DNA of 63,745 nt, filler included, from Klebsormidium nitens (Eukaryota; Plantae; Klebsormidiophyceae): assembly GCA_000708835.1 (NCBI GenBank). It is 6 parts of 6 records of this genome, joined end to end, with 100 filler letters (N's around TTAATTAATTAA, not from the genome) between each part and the next. Parts side by side here need not be neighbours in the genome. Positions count along the whole stretch, not along the records: positions 16,668 to 45,882 come from DF237798.1; positions 45,983 to 59,827 come from DF237887.1; 4 more parts are not named here. One strand, given 5' to 3'. Shown here one piece after another: positions 35,344 through 47,850 of the stretch; positions within the stretch are counted from its first letter, which is position 1, and every line of letters begins with the position of its first letter. The notes beneath the pieces were generated by a model, which searched no databases, was not told the origin of the DNA, and saw only the letters and a list, made by a program, of their open reading frames with translations. The position numbers and the translations under genes were made by a program.

Positions 35344-36267
35344 TCCTGGTATAAGTAATTGAGCTGTATCGGACGACGGAAGGTACTAGACACTGTAACA
35401 TTGTCAATCAACCTGGAAAAAGGTCGCTCGGTCTTTCTTATTCCAATTGCAGAATCCATGCGACTTTTGTGAAGTATTCATAGTATGCGCCAAGTAGTTG
35501 CAGAACTCAGTAATGACATCGGTGCCATGGACAAATGCATATATACAGTACTGCACCATCTGCCGTCGACCCGTCCTCGATCGAATTTATACTATGATAC
35601 GGGTTCGTCCCGCCATGTGCATGGCGTGTGACGGGGCCCAGGATCGAATGATCATGTCATACAGATGCACACATATATGCAGTTACTTATAAGTCCGGCC
35701 GCCCACGGTCGCAGCTTAATTGCACTTGATTTGATCATTGCAGCGATCGAAAATTCACTGCATGCAAGCCTACAATCAATCATGTTGCACATATGCCAAT
35801 TAAGGCCGCCGGCTAGCCTACCTGTCAGTGCCGCCATGGTTGTACCATGCATACGTCATGCCAATATATCCAATTCGATATTGGCATTCTTGCATGCACA
35901 TGTTCAATGTGGCGTACCGTCGATATTGGCGTGCATTCTTGTTGTCCGGTCATGCGCGCGAGCACTGATCGGACGTTGAGATCCCTAGGCGGGCCCGCCC
36001 AAGCAGAAGCCAATGTGTGTGTACATTTTCAGAACGTGCCGCGCCAAAGGCCGCGCCACCGCCAGTTGAACGTGCACAACACGTACCGTATTGCAGTTCC
36101 AGTCCGTTTCGGAAGTTGCCGGAGTACGCAACTCGCCGCAAGTTTGAGTACAACGTGTCCGCTAGATCTGGGTCAAAGCTTTGGTTACCGTCAAATCCTT
36201 CGCCTCTCCAACAGAAGCCAATACGGTACCGTAACAGGAACTTGAACTTACACATTCCAGTGCCGTC

Positions 36268-39200
36268 CTAGGTCGCCATGTTACTGAATACTGAATCCAC
36301 GTCGTCTAAATCTAGCAGTCTTTCCATGATGGCTTCGTTGACTTCACCGGCGGCGTCGTCAACCTGCTCAAATGTGAGAAAGTAACCTTTGAGAGGGCTG
36401 GCGCGAGTCCAGATCTACAAAGCACTCTCTTGCAAATCGAGCTACTTCATCCCTTTCAGTCGAGTAAGACACCCGGCCGCCCCTAGCCTACGCTCTTGAG
36501 GTCAGGCGTGCATAAATAGATAGGGCCTATACATCGAGGTTGTAAGAGAGCGAAAAATTCTCTGGCGCAACTGGTTAACAGTATAGACATCTCGACTTTA
36601 TGGAGACCGGTTCTGGGCAGATTGACACTCTCTTCAGCGCCCTCGTTGTGTCGAACCTACTACGCAACGCAAGAGCACCTGTGTCCTTAGCGCCTCGCCA
36701 AAAAGTGCGGTGACCGAGATTACTTAGCGGCTGAGAAGATGTGTCAACGTCAGCTGAGTTCGAAAGGTTAAGCATGAGGATGCCCTGACGCCTATTCACA
36801 TTGTGAGCCTTCAGCGGGGTGAAGACGCAAGCAACGAGAACCAGATGCACAGTTGGGAACGGTTCTAAACCCAAAACTTTCGGACCTTTCTAAACTCCAA
36901 ACTTCGTTTCTAAATCACAAGTCTTAAGCACAGGGACGGCTTATAAGCAAAAGGAACCGCAGAGAACTGGAGGGATACGATGGCTGAAACAACGGGTGGC
37001 TCACCTCTATGTGTGCTAGTGGAACCATTGCCAAGCCCGAGTCTTCTTCGTCAATGTGTATACTGTTCTCCGCCAAACTTGACTTGACGGCAGAGAACTG
37101 GTCCATCTCAGAGATGACCTTGAAGCGCCTGCAAGGAATGCGCTATGACTTTGTTGACGGGCCTGAATCAACTTTTAATAGAATGCACAAGCCAGTCAAA
37201 GAACAGCGTGCAGCACCAAAAGAGAGAGCAATACCATATCAAAGTGATCGGAGATACAGCAGATTTACCGGGCAGCTCATTCTCCCAAAGGCGAGAACTG
37301 AAAGCCCGTGTAGTGCTCGTTTTAAGACTAACTGAGCGTTCAAAGACCGACGTTCGTATGGCGACGTTGCCCCCAACGGATCCAAACTACCGTACTACCC
37401 GGCTTGGGCTTTCTGTTGACGTCGCTGAATGCACGATCAGACGCAGAAAGAGTTTCCCCCTAACAGTTCGAAAGATTGTCAACCCCGCCAGAGCCCGAAC
37501 CCCACCCGCTTCTCATCAAGCTGACTCCCCACAAAATAACGGGAAGTCTGGAAAGGCCCGAACGTAGTAGAATATAGTAATCTCCATCCGTTGTCAAGTT
37601 CTGAAAACCGTTTAGAATTAGTACCTGCTGCCCTCCTCTTCCTCGCTGTCCTCATTTTCCTCCGGCAGCTTGACGTCATCGGCCCCCGCATCCATGGCCG
37701 CCATCATCAGATCGTCCGCCTCCAGCTCGTCCGCGAATACGCTTATGATGCCCTGCGAGCAAAAATCTCGACTTAGAAGGGTAACTTCGAATGGACCAGG
37801 AGCCTAAGCGAAAGAGAGTGGAGGGCCGAGAAAGAAAACGAGAAGGAAGACTACGTTACCAAAAACATTGTTTGCAGAAAATCCGCCTCCAGGCCTTCTT
37901 ACATGCCCTGTGGGAAATCGAGGACTGCGGATCTGCGGCAAGGAGACAACTCTTGGCGGAATACTTGACCTCCAACTTCTAATGCCGACGAAGGCAACTT
38001 CGACCCCGCTTTCGTCGACTGACCGGTCAGGACTGTCATCAAGAATTAGAAGATCGACTCGTGCACTCAAGGCGGCGTTCCGAAGAGTCTCACCTGGGGT
38101 TTGTGAAGACACAACGGAAGAGCAAGGAGTAAGAACCACCAATTGCAGCAAAAAAGAAGTTGTTCGAGGCAAAGAGCTGGGAGCGCGGAGTGCCGTACTT
38201 TTCGCTCAAAGTTGAACAGCACCGACCCCGGGTCCGCCATCTTTCCACCCGCCTTTTTTACGGCGTCCCTAATGTTGGCCGCTGCGCGATTCAGGTTGTC
38301 CGTGAACGCTTCCACCACGATCCCGACGCCCCCCGCGCCATATACCTGGAAGGGGAAACGGGTCGTGTTCTTAGCCAGCTGCCGTTGCTTGAAACGCCAA
38401 GTGCCGTTCTCTTGGAGACATCGCAAGCCGAACTTTGTGTCTCGACCCTACTTGGAGAAGCGGAGGTCCCGTGATAACGGCGTATACTTTGCCAGTGTTC
38501 GAAAGGCAGCGAACGGTCGCCATGCATCGGTGGCTTCGGACGTGGCATACGTCTCTCTCAAATGGGATCCTATGACGGCTACAATAGCTCGCGGACGTTG
38601 TGAACCACAAAGAGCTACATTCACGCTTTAGAAACCTGATGCCCGACATGAACAAATGACACGGATTTCGAGAGCGAAAAAGGCTTCGGCGGGAATCTAC
38701 GAATTTCCCAGTCCTTCGACTGACGGGCTACCAGTGATGGGTGAAAAAGGAAGACCAAACGGTGAAACGGTGAGCGAAACGATTAGAAGCCTCGGACGGC
38801 GTCAGCTGTCGCAACTTCCAGATTATAAGCACTCAGGTGCCGCCAAGTTTGCAACGATTCACAAGAACGCTATGCAAAGTAAGCTTACCTCGTACGTTTG
38901 TTGGATGTATTCGGCTTGGTCCTTGTCCGACGCCTTCTTTATATTCCGGTCAATAATGTCCTTCGGTACATTCGACTGTCGGGCAGCTTGCAAGACCGCC
39001 GCCAGCTGGACATTGGCGTTCGCGTCAGTGCCCCCCGCTTTCACACTGCAAAAATAACACACATTGTTGCTGTAAAATTGTACCAACCGAGATGGGAGGT
39101 TGCCTCAGTCACCCGCAAGATCACCCATCTCGTCGCCGCTAACTCGAGGTTTCGTTTGCACTTTCAGAATTTCTCTCGATCGACAAAGCGTAGGTCAATA

Positions 39201-40578
39201 CTTTCCCCGTGGATGCAGTCTTACCGCCCTCTTGAAGTGCCTGCGGTGTGCACACTAAAGAATTTTCATTCCCTCAGAATTGCAGAAGCTTACATGCGAG
39301 ATAATTTCGGTTGGGGAGCTTGTGAAAGCGAAGCGAGGCGCTTTTTGGCTATTGCAAGTTATCACAGGAGACCATTTTCGTGGTGGATTCTCCACAAGTG
39401 GATCAATTGTGACACTGACCAAGTTCTTTCAGAGTCAAACCAGCATCTCCACTCCTTCATGTTGTTGGGTGTTGAGGAGACTTGCACTAAGCGGTTAGAA
39501 AGATTCACCTCACACTAAAGGGGCTGCTTGTGAAAGGCGGCAAAGGTTTGAGAATTGCCCCTCACGCTGAGATAATCTGCTTGCCGATCCTTCCGTAGAC
39601 CTTGGCCTTCTTCTTATCCTGCGCTCCCTGAAAGAGAAAACAGAAGGGGGTCCAGACCTCAAGCAATCCAATGTATGTACACATGCCTAGGAAGGCTCTG
39701 AAAGTCAGTACAACTCTTCCGCAAAGCACAGTGAGAAGACCAATCAGGTGCTGTAGATAAACCATCGACCGCGGCCAAACTGTAAGTCCACGTCTGCATC
39801 TGCGAACCCAATGTATGGGAGAACGCAGGAAACATTCAAAATAAGAAGTGTTCAGAAGTCTCTCAGGCTGTGACAGGAGACCGGGACGTCCACAAGCCGA
39901 ATCCATCGATAGCTTCCCAGTTTGAAAATGGTTCTAGGCTGAAACCTTCCGCAGCCCATATCCTAATACCGACAGTGTCAACAAGGACGACTGCCAAATT
40001 CTATGCGCCAATGTCATCTTCTCTCATCTTCTTATTTCAGAGAAAACCGGTGGCCTAGAAGGACTGGCTTTCATATTCCCCAAGACGTCCTATGAAATAC
40101 AAGAAGGGAAAACGAGCCCCTTCCCCCAGTACCAGGAGACAAACAATCATGTACTGCAATTGGTCCACCACCTCACCTTTCTAGTTGCAATCTTAGCTGC
40201 CCTCCTCCCCATCATGATGGGAGAAGTAAGGAAGCCCCTCCTAGCCTCCTTCGCATTGCCACCCCCCCATCGCAGTCCCTCCGCAAACGCACTGGCGCCC
40301 CAAGCACTATTGCTGGAGCGCATCCCCTGACACTGACCCCAAAAGTCTGTTCCTAATAGCGTGTTCCCCTGCCTTTGGCAACTAGTATGTGTCACTTCTC
40401 CAGCCACAGAACTATGTGGGTTCGATCGAACAGAATGCTGCGGTCGGCAATTGGACAAGAAGGAAGAGAAATGGCAGGCTGCAGGAGTAGAGTTGCATTC
40501 TCGACTTGGAGAGGCAATCTGCAGTGAGGAAAAGTGGAGGTGTCTCAGCGACGCCCTCACGCCAATTGCCCGAGCCAT
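36268..40578 (-). CDS. TACO1: YebC/PmpR/TACO1-family protein with organellar transit peptide; exons 40578-40177, 39627-39566, 39045-38889, 38345-38199, 37752-37625, 37128-37005, 36363-36268
   Basis: MGRRAAKIATRKGAQD..KVYGRIGK..YEVYGAGGVGIVVE..TDNLNRA..GSVLFNFERKG..LLDLDDVDSVFSN; all junctions GT-AG and in phase. Confidence 0.92.
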
Positions 40579-41060
40579 GCGAGCTGCTGCACAGCGAGAC
40601 AAGCGCCCTAGCGCCGTATCTGCCCAATCAATAGCAAGCAATGCAGTGTGGTTCAGAGATAAATGTTGGCTCAACAACTAACTTTTGGCTCAATGACTAC
40701 CTTCCTAATAAGCATGCTTTGCAGAACGCTCCAATACTCCTCCCCTTGTCAATTGCAAATCTGGTGCTAGCTTGACACGTCCCTGCGCCGCCGCCTCCGC
40801 GGCTGAACTTGAACTTAGCTGAAGGCAGCAGGCTGAAGAAAGTTCAGGATGGTAATGGTCCAAACCCTAATTGTTACCTTGCTACCAACGGGCCTAGGCC
40901 TATGGCAGCCATTACCACTGGGCATCATGCTGCAGAACTAGCTGCGGCGTACTGTCTACATTGCTTTCACGACTGGCAGAGCTAGGACTGGGATTCAGAG
41001 GGCGAGACTCAGAAAGGCGCCCATCACTTTTTTCAGGCGCTTCTGCACGTCAGGCTGGCC

Positions 41061-41246
41061 ATGGCTCCCCGTATCCTGAGCCCCGAGACGATGGAGAGCC
41101 TGGAGAAGGTGGTCAAGGAGGTGCCCACCGCCCTGATGAAAAAGGGGAAGGTTTTGATGCACTACGGCTTCGTGCCTTTCATCATTCTCCTGGGCATGTA
41201 CTCAGAGCCACGGCCGACGTGGAGCCAACTTTTGGGGCCCGTATAA
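41061..41246 (+). CDS. TOM7: Mitochondrial outer-membrane translocase subunit TOM7
   Basis: HYGFVPFIILLGMYSEPRPTWSQLLGPV is the plant TOM7 signature; single exon. Confidence 0.92.
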   Translation: MAPRILSPETMESLEKVVKEVPTALMKKGKVLMHYGFVPFIILLGMYSEPRPTWSQLLGPV

Positions 41247-44164
41247 AAAGGGTCGGAAGCTGTGTGTGCGCCGCTTGAGCGAACTGTACGTCGGCGGCAG
41301 TTCGGCGTCAGCGTGAGGTTCCAGGTTTTCAGAGCTGTGGGAAGCAGGGCGCAAAGGCTTAGGTGCAAGTTGAAAGACTGGTGCTTGCAGTAACTATAGG
41401 AGCATCCAGCTCTTAGACTTGATGGCAATCCTTTGAAAACAAAAAGTTGGCATCCAATAAGGCTGTGACATCGAAGGCATCGGCGCAATAAGGTTTACAA
41501 GTATTTTAAGCTGCTGCGATCTTGAGTAGTAGGGGAGTGGTAAACGATAACTTCTGATCTTTGTATATATGAAGAAGTTCACAGCTATTGCTAGGTTTCT
41601 GTGATTCCGTGTTAAATGCAGGAAAAACGGCCTGTCTGAGTTGTGTGGTACTTTTTCTGGCAATTAGATCTGGTGTCACCTTTCTGCTTCTTCTCAGGCC
41701 GTTCTGCCTTCACAATCTGAAGAAAGGTGTTTTCTGCATACCATTGGCGCCATATTGCAGTGATATAAAACGTTGGGTTTGGATCCGACAAATTCAAAGG
41801 CTTGCTTTGCTGTAAGTTTGGTATAGCGATTCTGATTGAAATCTTCTTTTCACGGCAGTATATCTAGGGGCTAATGCTTAGATTGAACGCCAGTAGCATG
41901 CCTGGCTGCTGAATGAGTTCTGTGGCTTGAGGGCAGGGAAGTGGCTGACCAGTGGACGAGAAGGTGAGGGAGTCTGGGTACAGTTGGGCATGAAGTAGTA
42001 CAGAATCTTGTGGTGGCTAATACAAGATTGCTTTTTCCGTGTGCATCATCGATGCGCGCAGTGAAAGGAGGTGCAAACCTTTACTGTTGCGAGAGCAAAT
42101 TGTGATACGGGCTGCCCATGCACCTCCTTGTGCATTGATTGGTTGCGTCCTTGTTAACGTTGCAAGATTTCCGCAACTTGGTCTTACTCCTGTTGTAAGC
42201 AAACCAGGCTGTGGCAAGATTCGATCTTGGTCCAAGTGGTTTCAACCTTGCGTGACGACCAGGCCTGGTTCCTTCCTGGTGAAGTGATCGACCACAACCA
42301 CATTCCTGGACGTTTGCGTTCAAGTTTGAACGGTCGCATGCACTTGCTTGCATGCATCAAAAGACCCTACAATGCTGGCAACTCAGATTCACTTGCAACC
42401 AGTACGAGGCATGCGATTCGTTTGCCAGATGGTCATTAGATGCTGGAGCAAAGCAATGTCACGTGTACATCTCTTGCATATCGTCTTCAAACGAGCCCGT
42501 TTCATCTGATGAATTACGAGCAATCGCCCTCGATCGGTGCACATTGGCATTTCGTTATTCTATTATATTGGCAATGGGGCATCACTGAGTCAACATGGTT
42601 CTCAGTGCACAAGTTCAATGTTAACTAAATGAAGCGTGCTCTGGGATATCCCACGAAATTCGATCAACATGTGCAAGGTTTGGGCTGGAAAAAGTACTAC
42701 TATAATCAACGGATGTGTGACAGCATATATCCGAGTATATAGTAATTGCAAGCCGGTCCGGCTTTTGATTGGTTGATAGTTGTGCGATGGTGTCGGACAT
42801 AGTTTGGACCAATCTAGCTGCACATTCTTGCAACCTAGCGCGTTAGCATTGCATAGCTACTAGTTTGACACACACTGACCGAGATCCCTTCCTTGCCATT
42901 AACTTGAAAGTTTGGAGCATGGTTAAATGTTGGCGATAGCTCCGCAATATTGACTCGCGTACCTTGTCATGTTCCAATGCAAGTCTTCTGATTGCCGCCT
43001 TCAATGGATTGTAGTAGGACCTAGTTGAATGGACATGAATCATGCAATGATGTTTTTCGTGCAACTATAAAACACGACTCAGTGGACAATGTGGACATCT
43101 TCCAATTCTTAACTTAATCAACTTACCTAATTCACGTTTCAAGTTTCACCTTTCATTGGAGACTTCGAAGTTCGGAAGTTACAAACTTTCTAAGAATTGG
43201 GATCTCGTTTCTCAAGTGAACACAAAGGAGCGTCCGATCCTTTCATCGACGATGTAGAATAGGCCAAAAGATGACTGCATCTGTGTAAAAATCCATCTGG
43301 TAAGGTTTTCATAGCGTATACAATGAATGAAATGGTCAACTTCAGCTGCAAGGGTCAAGACTCAAGGACGAATCCCTTTTTTCGAGATTCTTAACCTGGT
43401 ACAGTAAGTTATCTTACCGGGTGTCAAGTTTCAACCCAGCAAGATCCCCAGCGGGAAATTAAAAACTTACCGGCACCGGCCTGGCAAACCGTAAGGCTAC
43501 GCGAAGTCGATATGGGGTTTCCGGTCCGCGACCGACCCGGATTTTAGATTTTTTTGAAAAACTGACATAAAATATTCTCAGATTTGCCTCTCAGGGCCTT
43601 TAATTATATGCAATTATCATTGGTTTGCCCGTGAGTGTTTTCAATTTTTAGGACACATTCAAACTTTTTCTTCGCCTTATCATGATATTCTCTAGTAGCA
43701 TATGCTCGAAAAGTTTCAGAATGTCAGGTCGAACCACAAAAACTGAGCCTATTATCGTATATAGACCCAAATATGATTGAAATATTGCCCGGGACTTAAA
43801 GTTGGAGCGACGGGTGGAGCCCGGTGAACCTCGAGACCCCGAAACCTCACTTGTTTTCCGATCATAATCCCGGGATATTGACCACCTGTAAGGAATTTAA
43901 GGCTCAGGGTTTGCTTGAAAACCCTAAAACGGGGCCCGATCCTGGAGCAAATTAGACGGGCCCCCAAAATCCCGAAAACGCACTGGATTTTCCAGAACAA
44001 ACCCCGAAATTTCGCACCGGGACTCCAATACAAGGTCCCTCACAAAACCCCGAAAATGCTGCCAAAATCGACCCCAAAACCCGGATTTTCATGCACCTAC
44101 GAAATAGAGTATAGAACATACGAGAAGTAGATTTTGACAATAGGTTTGAAGCTCCAACTCTCCA

Positions 44165-44235
44165 AACCTCTTGATGAAGCATACCGTACGGATGGCCGGG
44201 TGCAACCCCCTCCACCTCCAATTGAAGCGGAAGGC
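44165..44235 (+). mobile_element. Gypsy/chromovirus integrase C-terminal fragment running into the N gap
   Basis: EAYRTDGRVQPPPPPIEAEG matches EVYRSDGRYQPPPPTFDVDG of the element at 56-60 kb. Confidence 0.6.
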
Positions 44236-45084
44236 NNNNNNNNNNNNNNNNNNNNNNNNNNNNNNNNNNNNNNNNNNNNNNNNNNNNNNNNNNNNNNNNN
44301 NNNNNNNNNNNNNNNNNNNNNNNNNNNNNNNNNNNNNNNNNNNNNNNNNNNNNNNNNNNNNNNNNNNNNNNNNNNNNNNNNNNNNNNNNNNNNNNNNNNN
44401 NNNNNNNNNNNNNNNNNNNNNNNNNNNNNNNNNNNNNNNNNNNNNNNNNNNNNNNNNNNNNNNNNNNNNNNNNNNNNNNNNNNNNNNNNNNNNNNNNNNN
44501 NNNNNNNNNNNNNNNNNNNNNNNNNNNNNNNNNNNNNNNNNNNNNNNNNNNNNNNNNNNNNNNNNNNNNNNNNNNNNNNNNNNNNNNNNNNNNNNNNNNN
44601 NNNNNNNNNNNNNNNNNNNNNNNNNNNNNNNNNNNNNNNNNNNNNNNNNNNNNNNNNNNNNNNNNNNNNNNNNNNNNNNNNNNNNNNNNNNNNNNNNNNN
44701 NNNNNNNNNNNNNNNNNNNNNNNNNNNNNNNNNNNNNNNNNNNNNNNNNNNNNNNNNNNNNNNNNNNNNNNNNNNNNNNNNNNNNNNNNNNNNNNNNNNN
44801 NNNNNNNNNNNNNNNNNNNNNNNNNNNNNNNNNNNNNNNNNNNNNNNNNNNNNNNNNNNNNNNNNNNNNNNNNNNNNNNNNNNNNNNNNNNNNNNNNNNN
44901 NNNNNNNNNNNNNNNNNNNNNNNNNNNNNNNNNNNNNNNNNNNNNNNNNNNNNNNNNNNNNNNNNNNNNNNNNNNNNNNNNNNNNNNNNNNNNNNNNNNN
45001 NNNNNNNNNNNNNNNNNNNNNNNNNNNNNNNNNNNNNNNNNNNNNNNNNNNNNNNNNNNNNNNNNNNNNNNNNNNNNNNNNNNN
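44236..45084. other. Sized scaffold gap (849 N)
   Basis: Run of N. Confidence 0.99.
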
Positions 45085-45882
45085 GTTTCTCGTAAGATCG
45101 TGGATTCGATCTGAATCGTTCCTGGATTGGTTCGATTGCTATATTTGATCTAACATGTTGAAACTTGTTGATGCTAATATTGAAGCATATTTAAAAGCTA
45201 AAAGAACGTGTATCACATATACCGTATGATACGTTGAATCGATGAGATAAGTTGAATATAGTTTCAACATGTAATCGGCAAAGTCATCAAGACATCGAAT
45301 ACAAGGTGATTGCTCGTATCATTTGGAGTTGCTTCAAATACAAACAAATATTTACTTTCGTGCGGTCATTCGAGGAAGTTCGGCACATTCATGATTTCAT
45401 GATCTCAGTGAACAGTGAGATACCATGGACTCACCCATGGATTGTTAGATTGTTGGAATGATATTGACATATCGTCCAACTTTAACCGTTCAAAAGTTGA
45501 TTCAAGAGTACAAGAGCTTTTCAACTTCTTCACGAAGCTTCAAGTAGTCTTCGAATAACCATTTGCCCATCACGACTATGAAATGATTCATCGTAGCATC
45601 GTTTAAACGCATTGAACCCCTTTTCACAATAATATTTATGGTTCATACGAAATCCGGGATTTCTGCTTGGTAAATGGGTGTGTTTTTGGGGTACCGGCCG
45701 TCCGCTGCAGTCAATGAAACCAGGGTTTCGTGCCCGTTCATCGGGTGGTTTTCCGGGGTTTTTGATGGAGCATAGAAGGCATCAACTCTCGTCGAGAAGT
45801 GCACAAATCCCGGCATTGGGCCTTCATTATGGGTGATTTTTCGGGGTTTGCTATTTCCTGGTACGTGGCCACAGTACCGTCA

Positions 45883-45982
45883 NNNNNNNNNNNNNNNNNN
45901 NNNNNNNNNNNNNNNNNNNNNNNNNNTTAATTAATTAANNNNNNNNNNNNNNNNNNNNNNNNNNNNNNNNNNNNNNNNNNNN
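45883..45982. other. Artificial contig linker
   Basis: N44-TTAATTAATTAA-N44. Confidence 0.97.
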
Positions 45983-46249
45983 CTAGGTCTACACTCTAGC
46001 CTAGTGGGCTCGGTCGACCGTTACCAAGTAAGTCCGAAAATTTCACTCTATACCATACAGCGACGGCTATTATCGAACCTACACAATATCTACGGTTATC
46101 GCCAAGTCTTTTGGGTGTTACGCTGTAACCCGCGCGCATTTAACCGTGTAACCGTAAATTCTAGTTACAGTCGAAATACCGTCGACGTCGTGATCGTAAA
46201 ACCCTAGAGTCACCCAGAGATTCGGTCACTAAATGCCCGTATCTCAACA
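45983..46249 (-). repeat. Copia LTR (family 1) in minus orientation, truncated by contig start
   Basis: Reverse complement begins TGTTGAGATACGGGCATT and aligns with 49919-50190 and 53239-53297. Confidence 0.8.
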
Positions 46250-46980
46250 GCGACTCCGTCGGCCCCACCATGTAGCGCAACAACCCTCACATACAAGCGC
46301 CTTCAGAAAGAAGCGTCTTTCTCTCTCGAAACACTCCTAGAATGAATGTCACCACATAAGAATAGGTAGTTCAATCCTGGAGCTAGGAGTACTCTAGCCT
46401 AGGTCGGGTCTACTTCCAAAAAGTGCAACTATATGCATTTCGTTCCATCAGCCGGTCACTCTACCGGTTATAATACGATTTCCGCTCGGACTTGTGACCG
46501 GGGCACTGTTAGAATTCGGTGATTATAGTCAGCCGAATTATCGTGTGATTAGGATTCGGCCCATGCAAGTTAGGGTCTAAACTAGGAATGCTGGCGTGCG
46601 TGTACGGCGGTTGGATGGTTAAAGCGTTAGGGGGTTTGGAGATTAGACGGTTGAGAGAGTTGTCAGTGTAAGCCGTAGATGAGGATATCGAAGGCTGAAA
46701 TTGAGAGGGCTTGTGAGCTACGCTAGTGAGCCTAGTAGTCTGTGAGCCTAGTGGAACTGCAGAGACCTGTGAGACGATAGTGGTGAGAAAGACTATTGTT
46801 ATACATCATTCTATGAGAAATGTGTAAAGAGAAGAAAGCCGCTTGTGAGGCGCTTCATGTGTTGAGTCTTAGGATGCATGGCTGCCATCAATGAGTGATG
46901 AGCTTGGTGCCGGGCAACGCGAATAGACCCGATGACGAGTAACTCAACTACGTTACGACTCCCTACACTGAGTTTCAACA

Positions 46981-47850
46981 GGCACTATACTGCTAGTGGT
47001 CGGTAGTATCGTACTACTAGTGGTCAAGGTAATATACTACTCGAGTCGCGACTAACAATCAACGATCCACAATCCGAGTCAACACGCAACCCGACGGTCA
47101 ATACCCAACGACACAAACCACTAATTTACGGTCGCTATACACGTCACAAACCACAATCCTACGGCCGATGTTACACGACACATCCACGATCCTACGGCTC
47201 AATTCTGATGAGTCTAATTCAAGAATTTGGTTGGTTATGAATCCCATTTCTCAACACGATGTCGGGTCCCTCGTGCACACCCAGGTACAACGGGCTTCCC
47301 ACACACTGGCTGTATGGAAACTACTTATGTAAAGGGTGTGTGCGCGCCTCTCTATCGAGCATCAGCTTCAGCCCAAGGAAGTACGTCGCCTATTCCAGAT
47401 TGGGTTGTAATATCTCCGCCAAGCGCGCCTTCTCTTTGCAATTGAATTCCGCGCCCTGGGCCGCCACGAGAATATCAGCCACCCTCCCGAGAACGTAGAT
47501 CGCTCCCCGTCTGTTATCCTTGTGAGAGCGGGGAGAAGAGGCTAGGTGTGAGCGGGACAATTTGTCCGTGTGGGAGTATTGAGAAACGGAGTTGATTGAC
47601 GGCCAATTGTTGAGTTAGGCTCGATAGATTTGAGCCGTATTATCGTGAGTTGTGTCGTGTAATATCCACCGTCCGATTGCGGTTTGTGTCGTGTAATATC
47701 GACCGTAGGATTAGATGTTTGTGCCGTTGAGTATCGACCGTCGGATTGCGTTTGACTCGGATTGTGGATCGTTAGATGTGAGTTGACTCGAGAAGTATAG
47801 TATCCCGACTACTATAGTAAGGTACTACCGATCACTAGTGGTATAGTGCC
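46981..47850. repeat. Inverted pair of modular repeats (46981-47205 and 47627-47850), probably LTRs of a second family
   Basis: Colinear inverted similarity with ~33-bp sub-repeats (ACACAAACC.CAATCCTACGGTCGATA); TGTTGAGAAA-type starts at 47256 (minus) and 47577 (plus). Confidence 0.7.

Noticed and set aside
35985-36000. CTAG plus GC hairpin as a Helitron 3' end
   Set aside because: The hairpin abuts CTAG without the usual spacer, and no matching 5' TC end or second copy was seen
44134-45148. 325-aa ORFs in the ORF track
   Set aside because: Almost entirely translated N gap
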